64,000 nt of DNA from Rhodospirillales bacterium (GTDB lineage: Bacteria; Pseudomonadota; Alphaproteobacteria; Bin95): positions 64,001 to 128,000 of the forward strand of contig JAYQLI010000035.1 in assembly GCA_038143065.1 (NCBI GenBank), in the 5' to 3' direction. This document shows positions 1 through 11,871 of this stretch, one piece after another. The number at the start of each line of letters is the position of its first letter. Within the stretch, counting starts at the first letter, position 1. The notes under the pieces were generated by a model. That model saw nothing but the letters and a program-made list of their open reading frames with translations. It ran no database searches and was not told the origin of the DNA. A program made the position numbers and the translations under genes.

Positions 1-1731
1 TCACTCCAGATTCCCCTGAGGCACTTGAGCTGTTTCGTCACGATTGTGCTCACGTTCTTGCGGAAGCAGTACAAGAACTTTTCCAGGGACCCAGGTTACA
101 ATTGGTCCAGCAATTGAGAATGGTTTCTATTACGATTTCGCCAGAGAACAGCCATTTACCCCAGATGATCTTGAAACAATTCAGGCAAAGATGAGGAAAT
201 CATCAATCGCGATGAACCATTTATCCGAGAGGAATGGGATCGTGATGTTGCTATAGAATTCTTTGAGAACAAAGGAGAGGCTTATAAAGCGGAGTTGATC
301 CGCGATTTACCCGAAAGCGAGACAATTTCTATCTATCGTCAGGGAGACTGGCTTGACCTGTGTCGGGGGCCACATATGCCTTCCACTGGCAGAATTGGGA
401 CTGCTTTCAAGCTTATGAGTGTCGCTGGCGCTTATTGGCGAGGTGATCATAGAAATGCCATGCTTCAGCGGATCTATGGGACAGTTTGGCGTTCGGAAAA
501 AGAACTTACATCCCATTTGACTATGTTGGAGGAGGCAGAGAGACGTGACCATCGCCGTCTTGGCCGGGAAATGGATCTTTTCCATCTGCAAGAAGAAGCT
601 GCAGGTTCAATTTTTTGGCATGCGAAGGGATGGACTCTTTATCGCCAAATAGAGACGTACATGCGACAGCGTCTAGAGAATGCAGGGTACTTCGAGGTTA
701 AGACCCCTCAGCTTGTCGACCGTGCTTTGTGGGAAGCCTCGGGGCATTGGGATAAATTTCGAGAAAACATGTTCACAGCTGAGACAGAGGATGACCGAGT
801 TCTGGCGCTGAAGCCTATGAACTGCCCTTGCCATGTCCAAATTTTTAGGCAGGGACTAAAGTCTTATCGTGATCTTCCTATGCGCATGGCTGAGTTTGGC
901 TCTTGCCATAGGAATGAACCATCAGGGTCTTTGCATGGGATCATGCGGGTAAGGGCTTTCACTCAGGATGACGCCCATATTTTTGCAACCGAAGATCAAA
1001 TTACTAGTGAATGCAAAGAGTTCTGCGATCTTCTTCTGTCAATTTATAAGGATTTTGGTTTTACAGAAGTACGCGTAAAATTCTCTGATCGACCAGAAGT
1101 TCGCGCAGGTGAAGATGCGGTTTGGGACAAGGCCGAAACTGCTTTAATGGACGCAGTTAAAGCGTCCGGACTTGAATTTGAGCTCAATCCTGGCGAAGGG
1201 GCCTTTTACGGACCAAAACTAGAGTTTGTACTTCGTGACGCAATTGGACGTGATTGGCAGTGTGGTACGTTCCAGGTTGATTTTGTGCTGCCAGAACGCC
1301 TGGGAGCAAATTATATTGGAGAAGATAGTCAACGTCATGTCCCAGTGATGCTTCATCGTGCTATCCTTGGATCCTTCGAGCGTTTTATTGGAATTCTGAT
1401 CGAAAACTATGCGGGTAAGCTTCCATTGTGGCTTGCTCCAGTGCAGGCTACGGTGGCTACGATTGTCTCTGATGCAGATGATTATGCAAAGAGGGTTTTT
1501 GAACAGCTAAAAGCATCAGGCATTCGGGCTGAAATTGATCTTCGAAATGAAAAGATTAACTACAAAGTGCGGGAGCATAGTCTCTCCAAGACCCCCATTC
1601 TTCTGGTTGTCGGACGTCGTGAGGCAGAAGAGGGAACTGTTGCCATTAGAAGGCTGGGTGTAAAAGAGCAAGAAACTCTTACTCTAGGTGAAGCAGTTAA
1701 AAAGCTTACAGAAGAAGCAGCATCTCACTAG
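1..1731 (+). CDS. thrS: Threonine--tRNA ligase (5'-partial; 2 apparent frameshifts near 80 and 200)
   Basis: [70 protein letters not shown] motifs. Confidence 0.97.
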
Positions 1732-1841
1732 TCTTCGTAACATCCCAGATTGCGCAATTCTGTTGACGTCAAAGCACTTGAAAGCTATCAAATTTGGTGT
1801 TTTTTTAATATTTACTAACAAAGTTTAAAGGAGTTCGTTCC

Positions 1842-2377
1842 ATAGCGCGTCCTCATATGCAAGCGCCGCCATCAAAAGACGGCCCACGTATCAATGAAAT
1901 GATTGACGTTCGCCATGTTCGCCTCGTTGGCGCTGATGGTGAGATGATAGGTGTAGTAGAAATAAATGAAGCTCTTGAAGCGGCTGATGAAGCAGGGCTC
2001 GATCTTGTAGAGGTCTCCCCCAACGCTGATCCACCAGTGTGCAAACTTCTTGATTACGGTCGCTTTAAGTATGAGGCTCAGAAAAAGAAAATGAGGCTCG
2101 TAAAAAGCAAAAAGTCATTGAGGTCAAAGAAATTAAGCTAAGGCCTGGTATTGAGCAGCACGATTATTCAATCAAAATGAAAGCCGCTCGTAAGTTCTTG
2201 GACAATGGAGATAAGGTAAAGGTTACCATGCGTTTCCGTGGACGAGAGTTGGCCCACCAAGAAATCGGTGCAAAAGTTCTTGATAGAGTCAGGGAAGAGC
2301 TCGACGAAGCGGCGAAGATTGAGCAGCTGCCAAAGATGGAAGGCCGTCAGCTTGTGATGGTCGTATCTCCCCGCTGA
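1842..2377 (+). CDS. infC: Translation initiation factor IF-3 (probable ATA start; frameshift in A-run near 2085)
   Basis: [14 protein letters not shown]...[15 protein letters not shown] joins [12 protein letters not shown]...PKMEGRQ; follows thrS; SD AAGGAG 8 nt before in-frame ATA at 1842. Confidence 0.95.
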
Positions 2378-2416
2378 GATAAGAATCAATTGGGTATTAA
2401 GTTCCAGCTTGGCAGG

Positions 2417-3111
2417 CTAGTTCTGCCAAGCTCGGTGAAATCTGTGAGTCATGTAACTGGTTGCTAAAATTGGTGCCACCAGGTTAATGATTGGCATAGA
2501 AAATAAAAATGTAAGAAGAACTCCGTCTTGCAGGTTGGCGCGCTTATTACGCTTCCGCAGCAAGTTCGCATTGCTTGCTGTAAGGTGTCTGAAAGCGACC
2601 AGATCGAAATACTCCTTCCCAATAAATATCCATTGATTAGATAGAAAGGGATTGGTGCCAAGGGTGGGGCTAAAAACAGCAGGAATATTGAGATGATCAG
2701 CAGGCATAAGTTCAGAGCTATTGCTAATGATGCAAAGCGGAAACTCGCTGTTGCAATTTCGTGCCAGCGTTGATGATGACTTGATTTGTGTCCAGGATAA
2801 TGTCTCGCTTCAACTGCGTCGACGACATTGTCTAAGAAGAAGGCCTGCAGGAAGACTGCTACTGCGGGAAACAGAAAAAGAGCTACAACAATTGGAATAA
2901 TGTCAAAAAGAAGTTGAATGGCGTTATTCAGAAAAGACAGAAAAGTCCAACTTGGTGTCCATTCGCCTAAACCCGCACTTTTAATTAGCCAAATGCTAAG
3001 AATTACCATAGCGCTTAGCATCACCAATGCAGCTATCGCACTATAGAGAAGCGGCCTAATGATTTGTGGGTCCCGGAGCTGATCTAGTGCCTTTCTAAAA
3101 TCATTGATCAT
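2417..3111 (-). CDS. EI24/CysZ-like membrane protein (frameshift near 2615)
   Basis: Hydrophobic helices; FLDNVVDAVEARHYP, NGYLLG/EYFDLVAFRH, PIINLVAPILA motifs. Confidence 0.75.
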
Positions 3112-3242
3112 ATTTCAGGTGCCTTCGATCCTATTTTCAAAAAATACTTTTCAACGGAGTTCTTCAGCTGTTTTCGATCCCGTTGTGGTTTGTTACAACC
3201 ACCAAATAAGCAAAGGATTTAGTTTCAGAAGAGCCTTCTATC

Positions 3243-4232
3243 ATGGATATGAAAAGTTTTGATGTGGTCGCTATTGGAAATGCGATCGTTGATGTCATCG
3301 TGGCGGTTGATGATCCGTTTTTAGCTGACCAAGCAGTGCCCAAGGGTAGTATGACTCATTGATATGGATCAGGCAACATTGATCTATAAAAACTTGACAG
3401 ATAGTAGGCAAATTTCTGGTGGTTCAGCAGCGAATACTGCTGCTGGTATATCTTCCCTTGGCGGTACAGCTTCCTTCATCGGCCGAGTTCGTAATGATGA
3501 ACTTGGGGAACACTTTGCAAATGACATCAAATCTGTTGGCGTCGATTATCAAACACCCCGGCAACTGAGGGCAAGGGAACAGCGAGTTGCTATGTCTTTG
3601 TGGACTCCCGATGCACAAAGAACAATGATGACCTTTTTAGGAGCATCAACAGAAATTGGTCCTGACGATGTAGAAAACATTGGTTTAAAACCAGGAGGAA
3701 TTCTCTATATCGAGGGATATCTTTGGGACGCCGATCTAGCCAAGCAGGCAGTCCTTAAAGCAATCAGTTTTACCAAAATGATCGGCGGGCAGGTAGCCTT
3801 TTCCGCATCTGATAGTTTTTGTGTGGAGAGGCATCGCACCGAGTTTCGCGATCTTTTAAAAAGACACGTAGATATTCTTTTCGCGAATGAGGATGAGATC
3901 ATCTCTTTGTACGAGACTGATAATTTTGAAGATGCCGCTAAGGCTGTAGCATCAGATGTTAGCATTGCAGCATTAACGCGAAGTGAAAAAGGCTCAGTTA
4001 TCGTTAGTGGTTCAGATCAAGTGGTCTGCTCAAGTATTCCTGTAGACGATGTAATTGATACGACTGGTGCTGGGGATCTGTTTGCAGCTGGTTTTCTTTT
4101 GGTCTTGCAAATAAAAGATCTCTGGCTGACTGTGCAGGCCTTGGGGGAATTGCGGCAGCTGAGGTAATTTCACATTATGGTGCACGTCCAGAACAGTCGC
4201 TTACAGAACTCGTCAAACGCCACGGTTTCTAG
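3243..4232 (+). CDS. PfkB-family carbohydrate/adenosine kinase (frameshifted)
   Basis: DVVAIGNAIVDV N-terminus, GGSAANTA, DTTGAGDLFAAGF; C-terminus AEVISHYGARP in another frame ending TAG 4230-4232. Confidence 0.9.
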
Positions 4233-5932
4233 CCGAAAGCCGCTGGGGACCGGTCCACGGGCAACACGTCTACGTCTTTATTCTGGTTTTTTTCTCTTCA
4301 GTTTTGTTTTTACGCATTATTTAAATCATATGCTTGGGTTGCACTCGCTTGAGCTAATGGAGGCAGGTCGGGCACTGTTCAACGTTTTTTGGCGTTTCTT
4401 ACCTGTCGAAATCCTTTTGGCGTTATCTTTGTTATCTCACGCGCTTCTTGCTTTATTGAAGATAGCACAGTCGCGAACTTCGTCACTTTCCTTTTGGGAT
4501 GGAGCTCAGATTATTTTAGGTGTGGCAATACCTTTCCTTATTGCTGATCATATCTTTGGAACTCGAGGCTTATCGCTCAGAGATGGTCTTGATGATACAT
4601 ATACTTGGACCGTGTGGGCCCTTTGGCCAACTTCGGCTTTGATGCAGTCAATTGCCCTTTTTGTTGTATGGGTACACGGCGTTATAGGTCTTCACTTCTG
4701 GTTTCGGTTACGGAGCTGGTACTCAGCCTTTTTGCCTTACATGTTTGTGATTGCTGTGCTTTGGCCTGTAATGGCGCTTCTGGGTTTCGCCTCCGCTGGT
4801 AAAGAATTAAATTTGCTTAAGGATCAAGATGGGGTCATAGACCAAATGTTGGCCGATGTGGGTTTCCTTGGCGGAGATGCAGTAGACTGGGTTTCCTCTA
4901 TGGAACAAAACGTGATGTCCGTTGCTGCATTTTTGGTAGTGACTGTATTTTTTTGGCGGGTCTATTCTTTAAGGGCTTCAAAACAAACTTCTGGACCAGT
5001 TGTTACTTATCCCAGTGGCGAGCACATCCATATAGCTAAAGGCCTGTCTGTCCTTGAGGCCAGTCAGTTGGCCGGCATTCCACATGCCTCAGTTTGCGGG
5101 GGGGCGGGGGAGATGTTCCACTTGCAGAGTGCGCGTTTCTGCTCGAAGCGATCAACTACCATTGCCGGATGAAAGTGAGCTAAAGGTTCTAGACCGCATC
5201 AAAGCACCATCTGGTGTGCGTTTAGCTTGTCAGCTTCGCCCAACAGAAAATATCACAGTAGTTCCTCTGTTGCCTGCTAATGCATCATCCAGGGATGGGC
5301 GTGCTCGAACAGGTCTTGCTGCAGGAGCAGAGCGCGAAATAGTAATTTTATTTGCTGATATTCGCGCTTTTACAAAGCTCTCAGAAGATAAATTGCCCTT
5401 TGATGTAGTATTCCTTCTAAACCAATATTTTCGGGCTATGGGACAAGCAATCGATGATAACGGAGGCCAAGTCGATAAATTTATAGGTGATGGGATTATG
5501 GCTCTGTTTGGAATGAGGACAGACATAAGCACCGGATGCCGAGATGCTCTGGCCGCTGTCGCAGAAATGTCTAAAGTTCTTGATGGCCTGAACGAAGTCT
5601 TGGAAAATGATTTGCCAGAGCCTTTGAGGATTGGAATAGGCGTTCACGTTGGAAGCGTTATTGTAGGTGAGATGGGTTATGAAGCGACCTCGTCTATCAC
5701 AGCCATCGGAGATGCCGTCAATGTAGCCAGCCGACTCGAAACGATGAGTAAAGATTTTGAGGCAGAAGTTGTGATGTCGGCCGAAGTTATAGAAATTGCA
5801 GGTATTATTAGCGATGACCTTCGTCTCGAGAGTATTTCTGTTCGAGGCCGAGAGCAAAGTTTACAAGCAGTGGTATTCAAAAAAGGTTTTGAACTACAGC
5901 CATACTTGGAGGCATTAGACGTAAACAAGTGA
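4177..5932 (+). CDS. Membrane heme/2Fe-2S-linked class III adenylate cyclase, CyaC-type (start uncertain; frameshift in G-run near 5100)
   Basis: TM region with THYLNH, SHALL, DHIFGTR, WVHG; ferredoxin HASVCGG-GRCSTC...RLACQ; cyclase FADIRAFT, DKFIGDG, GDAVNVASRLE. Confidence 0.88.
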
Positions 5933-7268
5933 ATACCTCGATCACAGCAATTAATTTGAGCAAGCTTTACCTTCGGCCGCGGCTGCTACTGGTCTTAGTT
6001 CTAGGTTTTGCGAGTGGCCTGCCTCTATTACTTACAGGTTCTACTCTAACGATCCGATTACGAGAATCTGGTATTGACCTAGCTGCGATCGGTTTGTTTT
6101 CGTTGGTTGGAATCCCGTACTCTCTAAAGTTCTTATGGGCCCCTTTGATCGATCGATTGCCTTTACCTATTTTATCTCGAATGCTTGGCCGCCGCCGCGC
6201 ATGGATGTTGACTATCCATATTGTTCTGATTTTAGCCATAGCAATTCTTGGTTTGATACGGCCAACCGATACGTCGATTTGGATCATTGCTTTTGTTGCC
6301 CTCTCAGTCGCGTTTTTATCTGCCACACAAGACATAGCGATAGATGCCTATCGAATAGAAATTCTTACAGAAGAAGAATATGGCGCAGGGGCAGCCATGG
6401 CGGTGTATGGATTTCGTGGTGGGATGCTCATGTCCACAGTCGGCACACTTTATTTGGCAGAATATCTAGACTGGCAATTGGCGTATGTTGTTACATCATT
6501 GACTTTATTTGTCGGTGTATTTGCCATTCTACTAGCTCCCCGACCGAAGGATGAGCCAACAGTTGAACTGCCAAGTTCTCTTTTGTCGCTATTTGGTGAG
6601 ACTTACTGGAAGCCGTTGGTGGAGTTTAGCCAACGGGACGGATGGATAATCCTTTTACTTTTCGTTCTTTTTTTAAGTTTGGTGATGCTTTATTAAGTCA
6701 AATGACGGGAGCACTGTTTGTAGACCTTAATTATGACAAGTCTACGATAGCCAATGTAGGTAAGCTTTTCGGTTTTTGGGCGATGATGATAGGCATATTC
6801 ATCGGTGGGCTCTTAGTCGCTATTCTCGGGCTCGGCAAAACGCTTTTAGTTTCTGGCCTACTGCAAGGTTTTTCAAATATAGCTTTCTGGCGCTTAGCAG
6901 TCATTGGAGAACAACAGCTTTCAACAGGGGATGATGCGAATGTTAGCCTTCTCGCCTGGGTTGTAGGTATTGAGGCTTTTACTGGGGGCCTTGGACAAAC
7001 AGCTTTTATTGCATTCCTTATGATACTTTGTGATCGGCGCTATACTGCTGCTCAATTTGCTCTGCTTACGTCGATTATGGCGTTTTCGCCTAAAGTCTTA
7101 GTAGCACCAGCCGGATATTTGGCAGATGGACTTGGTTGGCCAAATTTCACATTGTTTACAGCGGCAGCAGCAATTCCTGGAATGCTATTTCTTCTGTGGC
7201 TCATAGTTTCATATCCCAGTACTTGGCGTACTCGTGAGGGTTTGAAAATCAACGCAACCAATCATTAA
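5929..7268 (+). CDS. ampG: AmpG-family muropeptide MFS permease (frameshift in T-run near 6670)
   Basis: LGFASGLPLLL, KFLWAPLID, GRRRAW, SATQDIAIDAYRIE, YTAAQFALLTS. Confidence 0.92.
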
Positions 7269-7344
7269 AAGTTGATTCAGTGCTAATTTACACTGAATAA
7301 GAAAAATAGTTGTCAGATAAATTCCAAGATCCAGTCGACATTGG

Positions 7345-8226
7345 TTACAAATTGGCAACTATATTTTCGTAAGCAGTATCGGTTTCAATAAACCCACCTG
7401 AAATCAGTGAAGATTTGAGTCGCACAAAGCCATCCGCTGTTATGTCTGTATCTAATGGCCACAGGTTGAGATGTTGATACCGTCCAATAGCAGCTGTCAG
7501 CAATGATTCATCAAAATTATCGAACCAGGGTTTGATTTTTGTAGCGGCCTCAGCTGGGTCAATGGAATTTATCCGTAAGAGAGACTTTTGCAGACCATCC
7601 ATTAATGCAAGGGCAGCGGTTTGACGGTTTGTTAAAAAATCTCGGGGTCCATAGAAACTTGTGAAAGCTAAAGGGCCGCGGCGAGCTCCGGCATATAGTA
7701 CAAAACCACTTTTCTCTAGCTCTGCTTTGGAGCCCCATGGTTCAAATGCAAGAACATAATCAAAACGAGAATTAAGTCCTTCGAGTGCCTCTTGTGGGTC
7801 AACAGGGTCTGTCAGCTCTATGGCCGAAGGATCAAAACCCAGGCGACGGAGATCTTCTTGCAACAGTAGCCAGGGCGTTGGTGCTGTAGTCGCAACGGCC
7901 AGTCGTTTAGTCAGGAGGTTAGCTGGTGTGAATTCAGTGTTTGCTTTTGCGCCGATTATGAGAAATGGGTCCTTTTGTACTGCTAGACCAAAGCATACGA
8001 GTTGACTTGAGGGGTCTTTGTCATGTTCTCGCATTACTCTCATAGGACCACCCCATGAGACCTCAACGCGGCCAGCAATGGCACCCGCAACAGTTTCTTC
8101 TCCAGCGGGAGATAATTTTGCGGTTAGCTCTACACCAGCTTCCTTAAAGAGGCCCTCGGCTAGTCCTATGTAAAAAGGGGAATAAACCAGGCCACGTAGG
8201 TTCTCATAGGCAGTCACGTACTCCAA
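7345..8226 (-). CDS. NMT1/THI5-like ABC substrate-binding protein
   Basis: YSPFYIGLAEGLFKEAGVEL, GGPMRVM; no permease adjacent. Confidence 0.75.
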   Translation of the reverse strand: MEYVTAYENLRGLVYSPFYIGLAEGLFKEAGVELTAKLSPAGEETVAGAIAGRVEVSWGGPMRVMREHDKDPSSQLVCFGLAVQKDPFLIIGAKANTEFTPANLLTKRLAVATTAPTPWLLLQEDLRRLGFDPSAIELTDPVDPQEALEGLNSRFDYVLAFEPWGSKAELEKSGFVLYAGARRGPLAFTSFYGPRDFLTNRQTAALALMDGLQKSLLRINSIDPAEAATKIKPWFDNFDESLLTAAIGRYQHLNLWPLDTDITADGFVRLKSSLISGGFIETDTAYENIVANL

Positions 8227-8281
8227 ATTATTCTCCTCGATGATCTTTTAAAAAGTACCGCACGCTTGTTCAGTACCTCTG

Positions 8282-9058
8282 TTATTCCCCTCGGAAGTTG
8301 GGCTTTCTTTTTTCCAGAAATGCGCGCTGTCCCTCAGCATAGTCAGCGGAGTCTGCTGCTGTATCGCGGAGACGTTCATATTCATCTTCGACACTTTCCA
8401 TGTTGCCTGAAGCTATTGCATTGATGGCTAACTTGGCGCCTCTAACTGACAGTGGTGCTCTTTCTGCTATGTGACTGGCGTAATCGATTGCACTTTGCAA
8501 AGGATCTTCAACTACTTCATCCAGCAGCCCCAATTGAACTGACCCCTCTGCATCAAAGTAGTCACCAGAAAATAGGATGCGCTTTGCATTTTTAGCTCCT
8601 ACTACTTCTGATAATACCTGTGTCTCTTTCAACGAATAAACAACAGAAAGTCGTGCCGCTGGAATTCCCATTCGAGTTTTGTCATCGCCAATTCTAAAAT
8701 CACAGGCAACTGCGAGACCACATCCACCACCGATGGCTGATCCGCGTATGGCGGCAATTACAGGCATAGGGGCATGGTGAATCGCCGTTTCCGCATTATC
8801 CACATGCTGGGAGTAAATTGCTGCGGCTTTTGAATCATTTCTTGCTTTAGCAAATTCGCTGATATCTGCTCCTGCACAAAAATGTTCCCCCTCGCCAGTT
8901 AATATTATTGCCCGGACTTTTGGATTTTTTGGGAGTCCCGTGAATACTTCGCCCAATGCCTCCCACATCCCTTGTGTACAGGCATTTCTTCGCTCTGGAT
9001 GATGGATGGTTACTATGGCTACGCCATCTTCACGGATATTAGTTTTGATCTCAGGCAT
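8282..9058 (-). CDS. Enoyl-CoA hydratase/isomerase (crotonase) family
   Basis: FCAGADISEF, IGGGCGLAVACDFR, EGQRAFLEKRKPNFRG. Confidence 0.92.
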   Translation of the reverse strand: MPEIKTNIREDGVAIVTIHHPERRNACTQGMWEALGEVFTGLPKNPKVRAIILTGEGEHFCAGADISEFAKARNDSKAAAIYSQHVDNAETAIHHAPMPVIAAIRGSAIGGGCGLAVACDFRIGDDKTRMGIPAARLSVVYSLKETQVLSEVVGAKNAKRILFSGDYFDAEGSVQLGLLDEVVEDPLQSAIDYASHIAERAPLSVRGAKLAINAIASGNMESVEDEYERLRDTAADSADYAEGQRAFLEKRKPNFRGE

Positions 9059-9139
9059 TAGGTTTTCCGGTTCATAAGTTTGTTACATTCGAATAATCTA
9101 AGACTCTAGCATAGCGACTTTATTAAGGAGGCTCTATTG

Positions 9140-10303
9140 ATGGTTCGTGCCCTCGACAAACTTGTTGTGATTGACTTTACAAATCACCTTTCTGGTCCTT
9201 ACTGCGCCATGATTCTGGCCGATCAAGGAGCAGATGTTATCAAGGTGGAGCGGCCTGGAAAGGGCGATGACCTCAGGCAAAGTCCACCGCATGTTAATGG
9301 AGAGGGTGCTCCGTTCATGCTCTGGAATCGTAATAAGCGATCTATCGAGCTGGATCTAAAAAATCCAGATGATCTTAAAATAGCAAAGGAGCTTGTTAAA
9401 ACTGCAGATGTACTGATCGAGAATTTTCGTCCAGGTGTAGCAGAACGGATAGGCATTGGATACGAGATGATGGCAGAGCTTAATCCGTCACTGATATATT
9501 GTTCCATTTCTGGATTTGGCCAAACTGGACCATACAGCTCCAGAGGAGGGTTTGATCTCGTAGCACAAGCGATGTCTGGCCTAATGACCATTAACGGTCC
9601 TCCAGAAGGCGGGCCGTACCGAATACCCATTGCAATTTCTGACGTGGCTGCAGGAATGAACGGGGCTATCGGCATTTTGACTGCTCTGCAGCATCGAAAT
9701 AAGACAGGTGAGGGGCAGCAAGTAGACGTGAGTTTATTGGACTCAGCTCTGTCAATGTGCGTCTATGAGGCGGCTAACGTCTTTGCTACTGGCCAGAAGC
9801 CAGAGAGATTAGGGCAAGGCCACAGGGGGTCTGCGCCTTATCAAATTTTTCCAACCAAGGATGGCTGGCTAGCCTTGGGCGCATCCCAACAAAAATTTTG
9901 GGAGCAGACCTGCGAAATCATAGGAGCGGATAATCTTATTTCTGACCCCCGGTTCCTCGAAAAGAAGGATCGTGTTGCTCGTCAGCAAGAGTTGGCAACC
10001 ATTCTCGCGCCATACTTTCAGAGGGAAAACACAAAGCACTGGTTTGAAAAATTAGATGCCCTTGGTATCCCTTGTGGTCCTGTAATGGATCACCTTGAGA
10101 CCTTATCAGACCCGCATATTATAGCTCGGGAAATGATTGCTAAAGTTCATCACCCTAAGGCCGGCTCTGGTCGCACTTTAGGCACTCCAATTAAATTATC
10201 AAAAACACCAGGGGGCGTTTGCCGAGCGGCACCAACGCTTGGAGAGCACAATGACGAGGTTCGGGCTCAAGTAAAATCTAATGCTAAAGGTAACGCTGAA
10301 TGA
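9140..10303 (+). CDS. CaiB/BaiF class III CoA transferase
   Basis: GPYCAMILADQGADVIKVE, NRNKRSI, ENFRPG, ISGFGQTGP; SD AAGGAGG. Confidence 0.93.
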   Translation: MVRALDKLVVIDFTNHLSGPYCAMILADQGADVIKVERPGKGDDLRQSPPHVNGEGAPFMLWNRNKRSIELDLKNPDDLKIAKELVKTADVLIENFRPGVAERIGIGYEMMAELNPSLIYCSISGFGQTGPYSSRGGFDLVAQAMSGLMTINGPPEGGPYRIPIAISDVAAGMNGAIGILTALQHRNKTGEGQQVDVSLLDSALSMCVYEAANVFATGQKPERLGQGHRGSAPYQIFPTKDGWLALGASQQKFWEQTCEIIGADNLISDPRFLEKKDRVARQQELATILAPYFQRENTKHWFEKLDALGIPCGPVMDHLETLSDPHIIAREMIAKVHHPKAGSGRTLGTPIKLSKTPGGVCRAAPTLGEHNDEVRAQVKSNAKGNAE

Positions 10304-11412
10304 ATTTCATGAATAGCATTTTTGAACTTGAAACACCCTGCTTAATTCTTGATTTAGACAGGCTAGAGAGAAATATTGCTCGCTTCGCAGCCATTGCTAC
10401 TCAACATGGAGTGATCCTGCGTCCTCACCTTAAAACATTAAAATCAATAGAGGCTGCTCTTCTCAGCGTTGGGAAGGATGGGCCAATTACGGTCTCTACT
10501 CTAGCGGAGGCCGAATATTTTTCTGCAGCTGGTTTTCGTGACATTGTGTATGCCGTTGGTATTGCACCTGGAAAACTATCCAGAGCGAAGCGGCTTGTCT
10601 CCTCAGGCGTGGATTTAAAATTGTTGACAGACTCGACGGCCGTCGCCCGTGCGGCATCTGGTCTTGGAATGAAATTTTTGCTCGAGGTTGATTGTGGAGA
10701 TGAAAGGGGAGGTTTGCCAATGGATAGTCCTCACCTTTTAGCTGTTGCAAAGGAAATTTCTGAGGGCGGTAATATCGTTGAGGGGGTCCTGACTCATGCA
10801 GGTCACAGTTACAGCACAAATGATTTGAATGAGGTGAAGAAAATAGCAGAGGAAGAGAGAAGGTCTGCAGTAGGTGCCGCTGCTCTTTTGCGATCTGCTG
10901 GATACCCTGCGCCCATTGTCAGTATAGGTTCAACGCCCACGGTCGCTTTTGGCGAGAACTTTGATGGAGTTACTGAGCTTAGGGCTGGTGTATTTATGCC
11001 ATTTGATCTCGATCAAATGTCTCGAGGTGTGTGTGAATCCGATGACTTGGCGTTATCAGTATTAACTACTGTCATTGGCCATAACAGAGAAGCCGGACGC
11101 ATCTTAGTTGATGCTGGAGGTCTTGCTCTTTCAAAAGATGTAAGCGCCAGTGGATTTCTAGTCGGGGCAGGTTACGGCCACGTGGTTGATGCTAAGAGTG
11201 CTATTTCTCTTGGGCTTGTGATCGATGGAGTTAGTCAAGAACACGGTAAAATTAATCTTACGGATCCAACTTGGTTTGAGCGTTTACCAGTTGGTTCACA
11301 GGTTCGTGTATTTCCTAATCACGCCTGTTTTACTGCTGCAGCTTATCCCGGTTATCATCTTATAAAGAATGGTGATCTGGCTGGGCAGTGGAATCGCGTG
11401 AATGGGTGGTAG
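10300..11412 (+). CDS. Fold-type III PLP enzyme, DSD1/D-threonine aldolase/D-hydroxyaspartate dehydratase family
   Basis: RPHLKT (PLP Lys), HAGHSY, GSTPT, PNHAC metal ligands. Confidence 0.85.
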   Translation: MNFMNSIFELETPCLILDLDRLERNIARFAAIATQHGVILRPHLKTLKSIEAALLSVGKDGPITVSTLAEAEYFSAAGFRDIVYAVGIAPGKLSRAKRLVSSGVDLKLLTDSTAVARAASGLGMKFLLEVDCGDERGGLPMDSPHLLAVAKEISEGGNIVEGVLTHAGHSYSTNDLNEVKKIAEEERRSAVGAAALLRSAGYPAPIVSIGSTPTVAFGENFDGVTELRAGVFMPFDLDQMSRGVCESDDLALSVLTTVIGHNREAGRILVDAGGLALSKDVSASGFLVGAGYGHVVDAKSAISLGLVIDGVSQEHGKINLTDPTWFERLPVGSQVRVFPNHACFTAAAYPGYHLIKNGDLAGQWNRVNGW

Positions 11413-11460
11413 TGCATTGCTCTTCTGAAATTGGATGGAACACAAAAATCTATCCTATTT

Positions 11461-11871
11461 TTATAAAAGATCACGCAGCATTGCGATAAGAGGTTTGTCT
11501 GCTGGCGGCATTGGATAGTTTTTCATTTCATTTGGTCTAACCCAAGCTAGGCGCTGACCTTCTCTACCTTCCGGAATTCCCTTCCAAACTCGGCATACAT
11601 ATAGTGGCATTAGAAGATGAAATTTGTCGTATGTATGGCTTGCAAAAGTGAAGGGAGCTAGGCACGAGGCTTCTATATCTACTCCTAGTTCTTCCTGAAG
11701 TTCACGGATGAGTGCAGTTTCTGGGGACTCACCCGCATCTACCTTGCCTCCTGGAAACTCCCATAATCCTTCCATGTTCTTACCTTTGGGACGCTCTGCC
11801 AATAACACCCGGCCGTCCCTATCAATTAGCGCAACTGCTACAACAAGAAGTATTGGGAAGCCCTGTGTCAT
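11461..11871 (-). CDS. mutT: 8-oxo-dGTP diphosphatase MutT (Nudix)
   Basis: WEFPGGKVDAGESPETALIRELQEELG Nudix box; argJ-mutT synteny. Confidence 0.92.
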   Translation of the reverse strand: MTQGFPILLVVAVALIDRDGRVLLAERPKGKNMEGLWEFPGGKVDAGESPETALIRELQEELGVDIEASCLAPFTFASHTYDKFHLLMPLYVCRVWKGIPEGREGQRLAWVRPNEMKNYPMPPADKPLIAMLRDLL

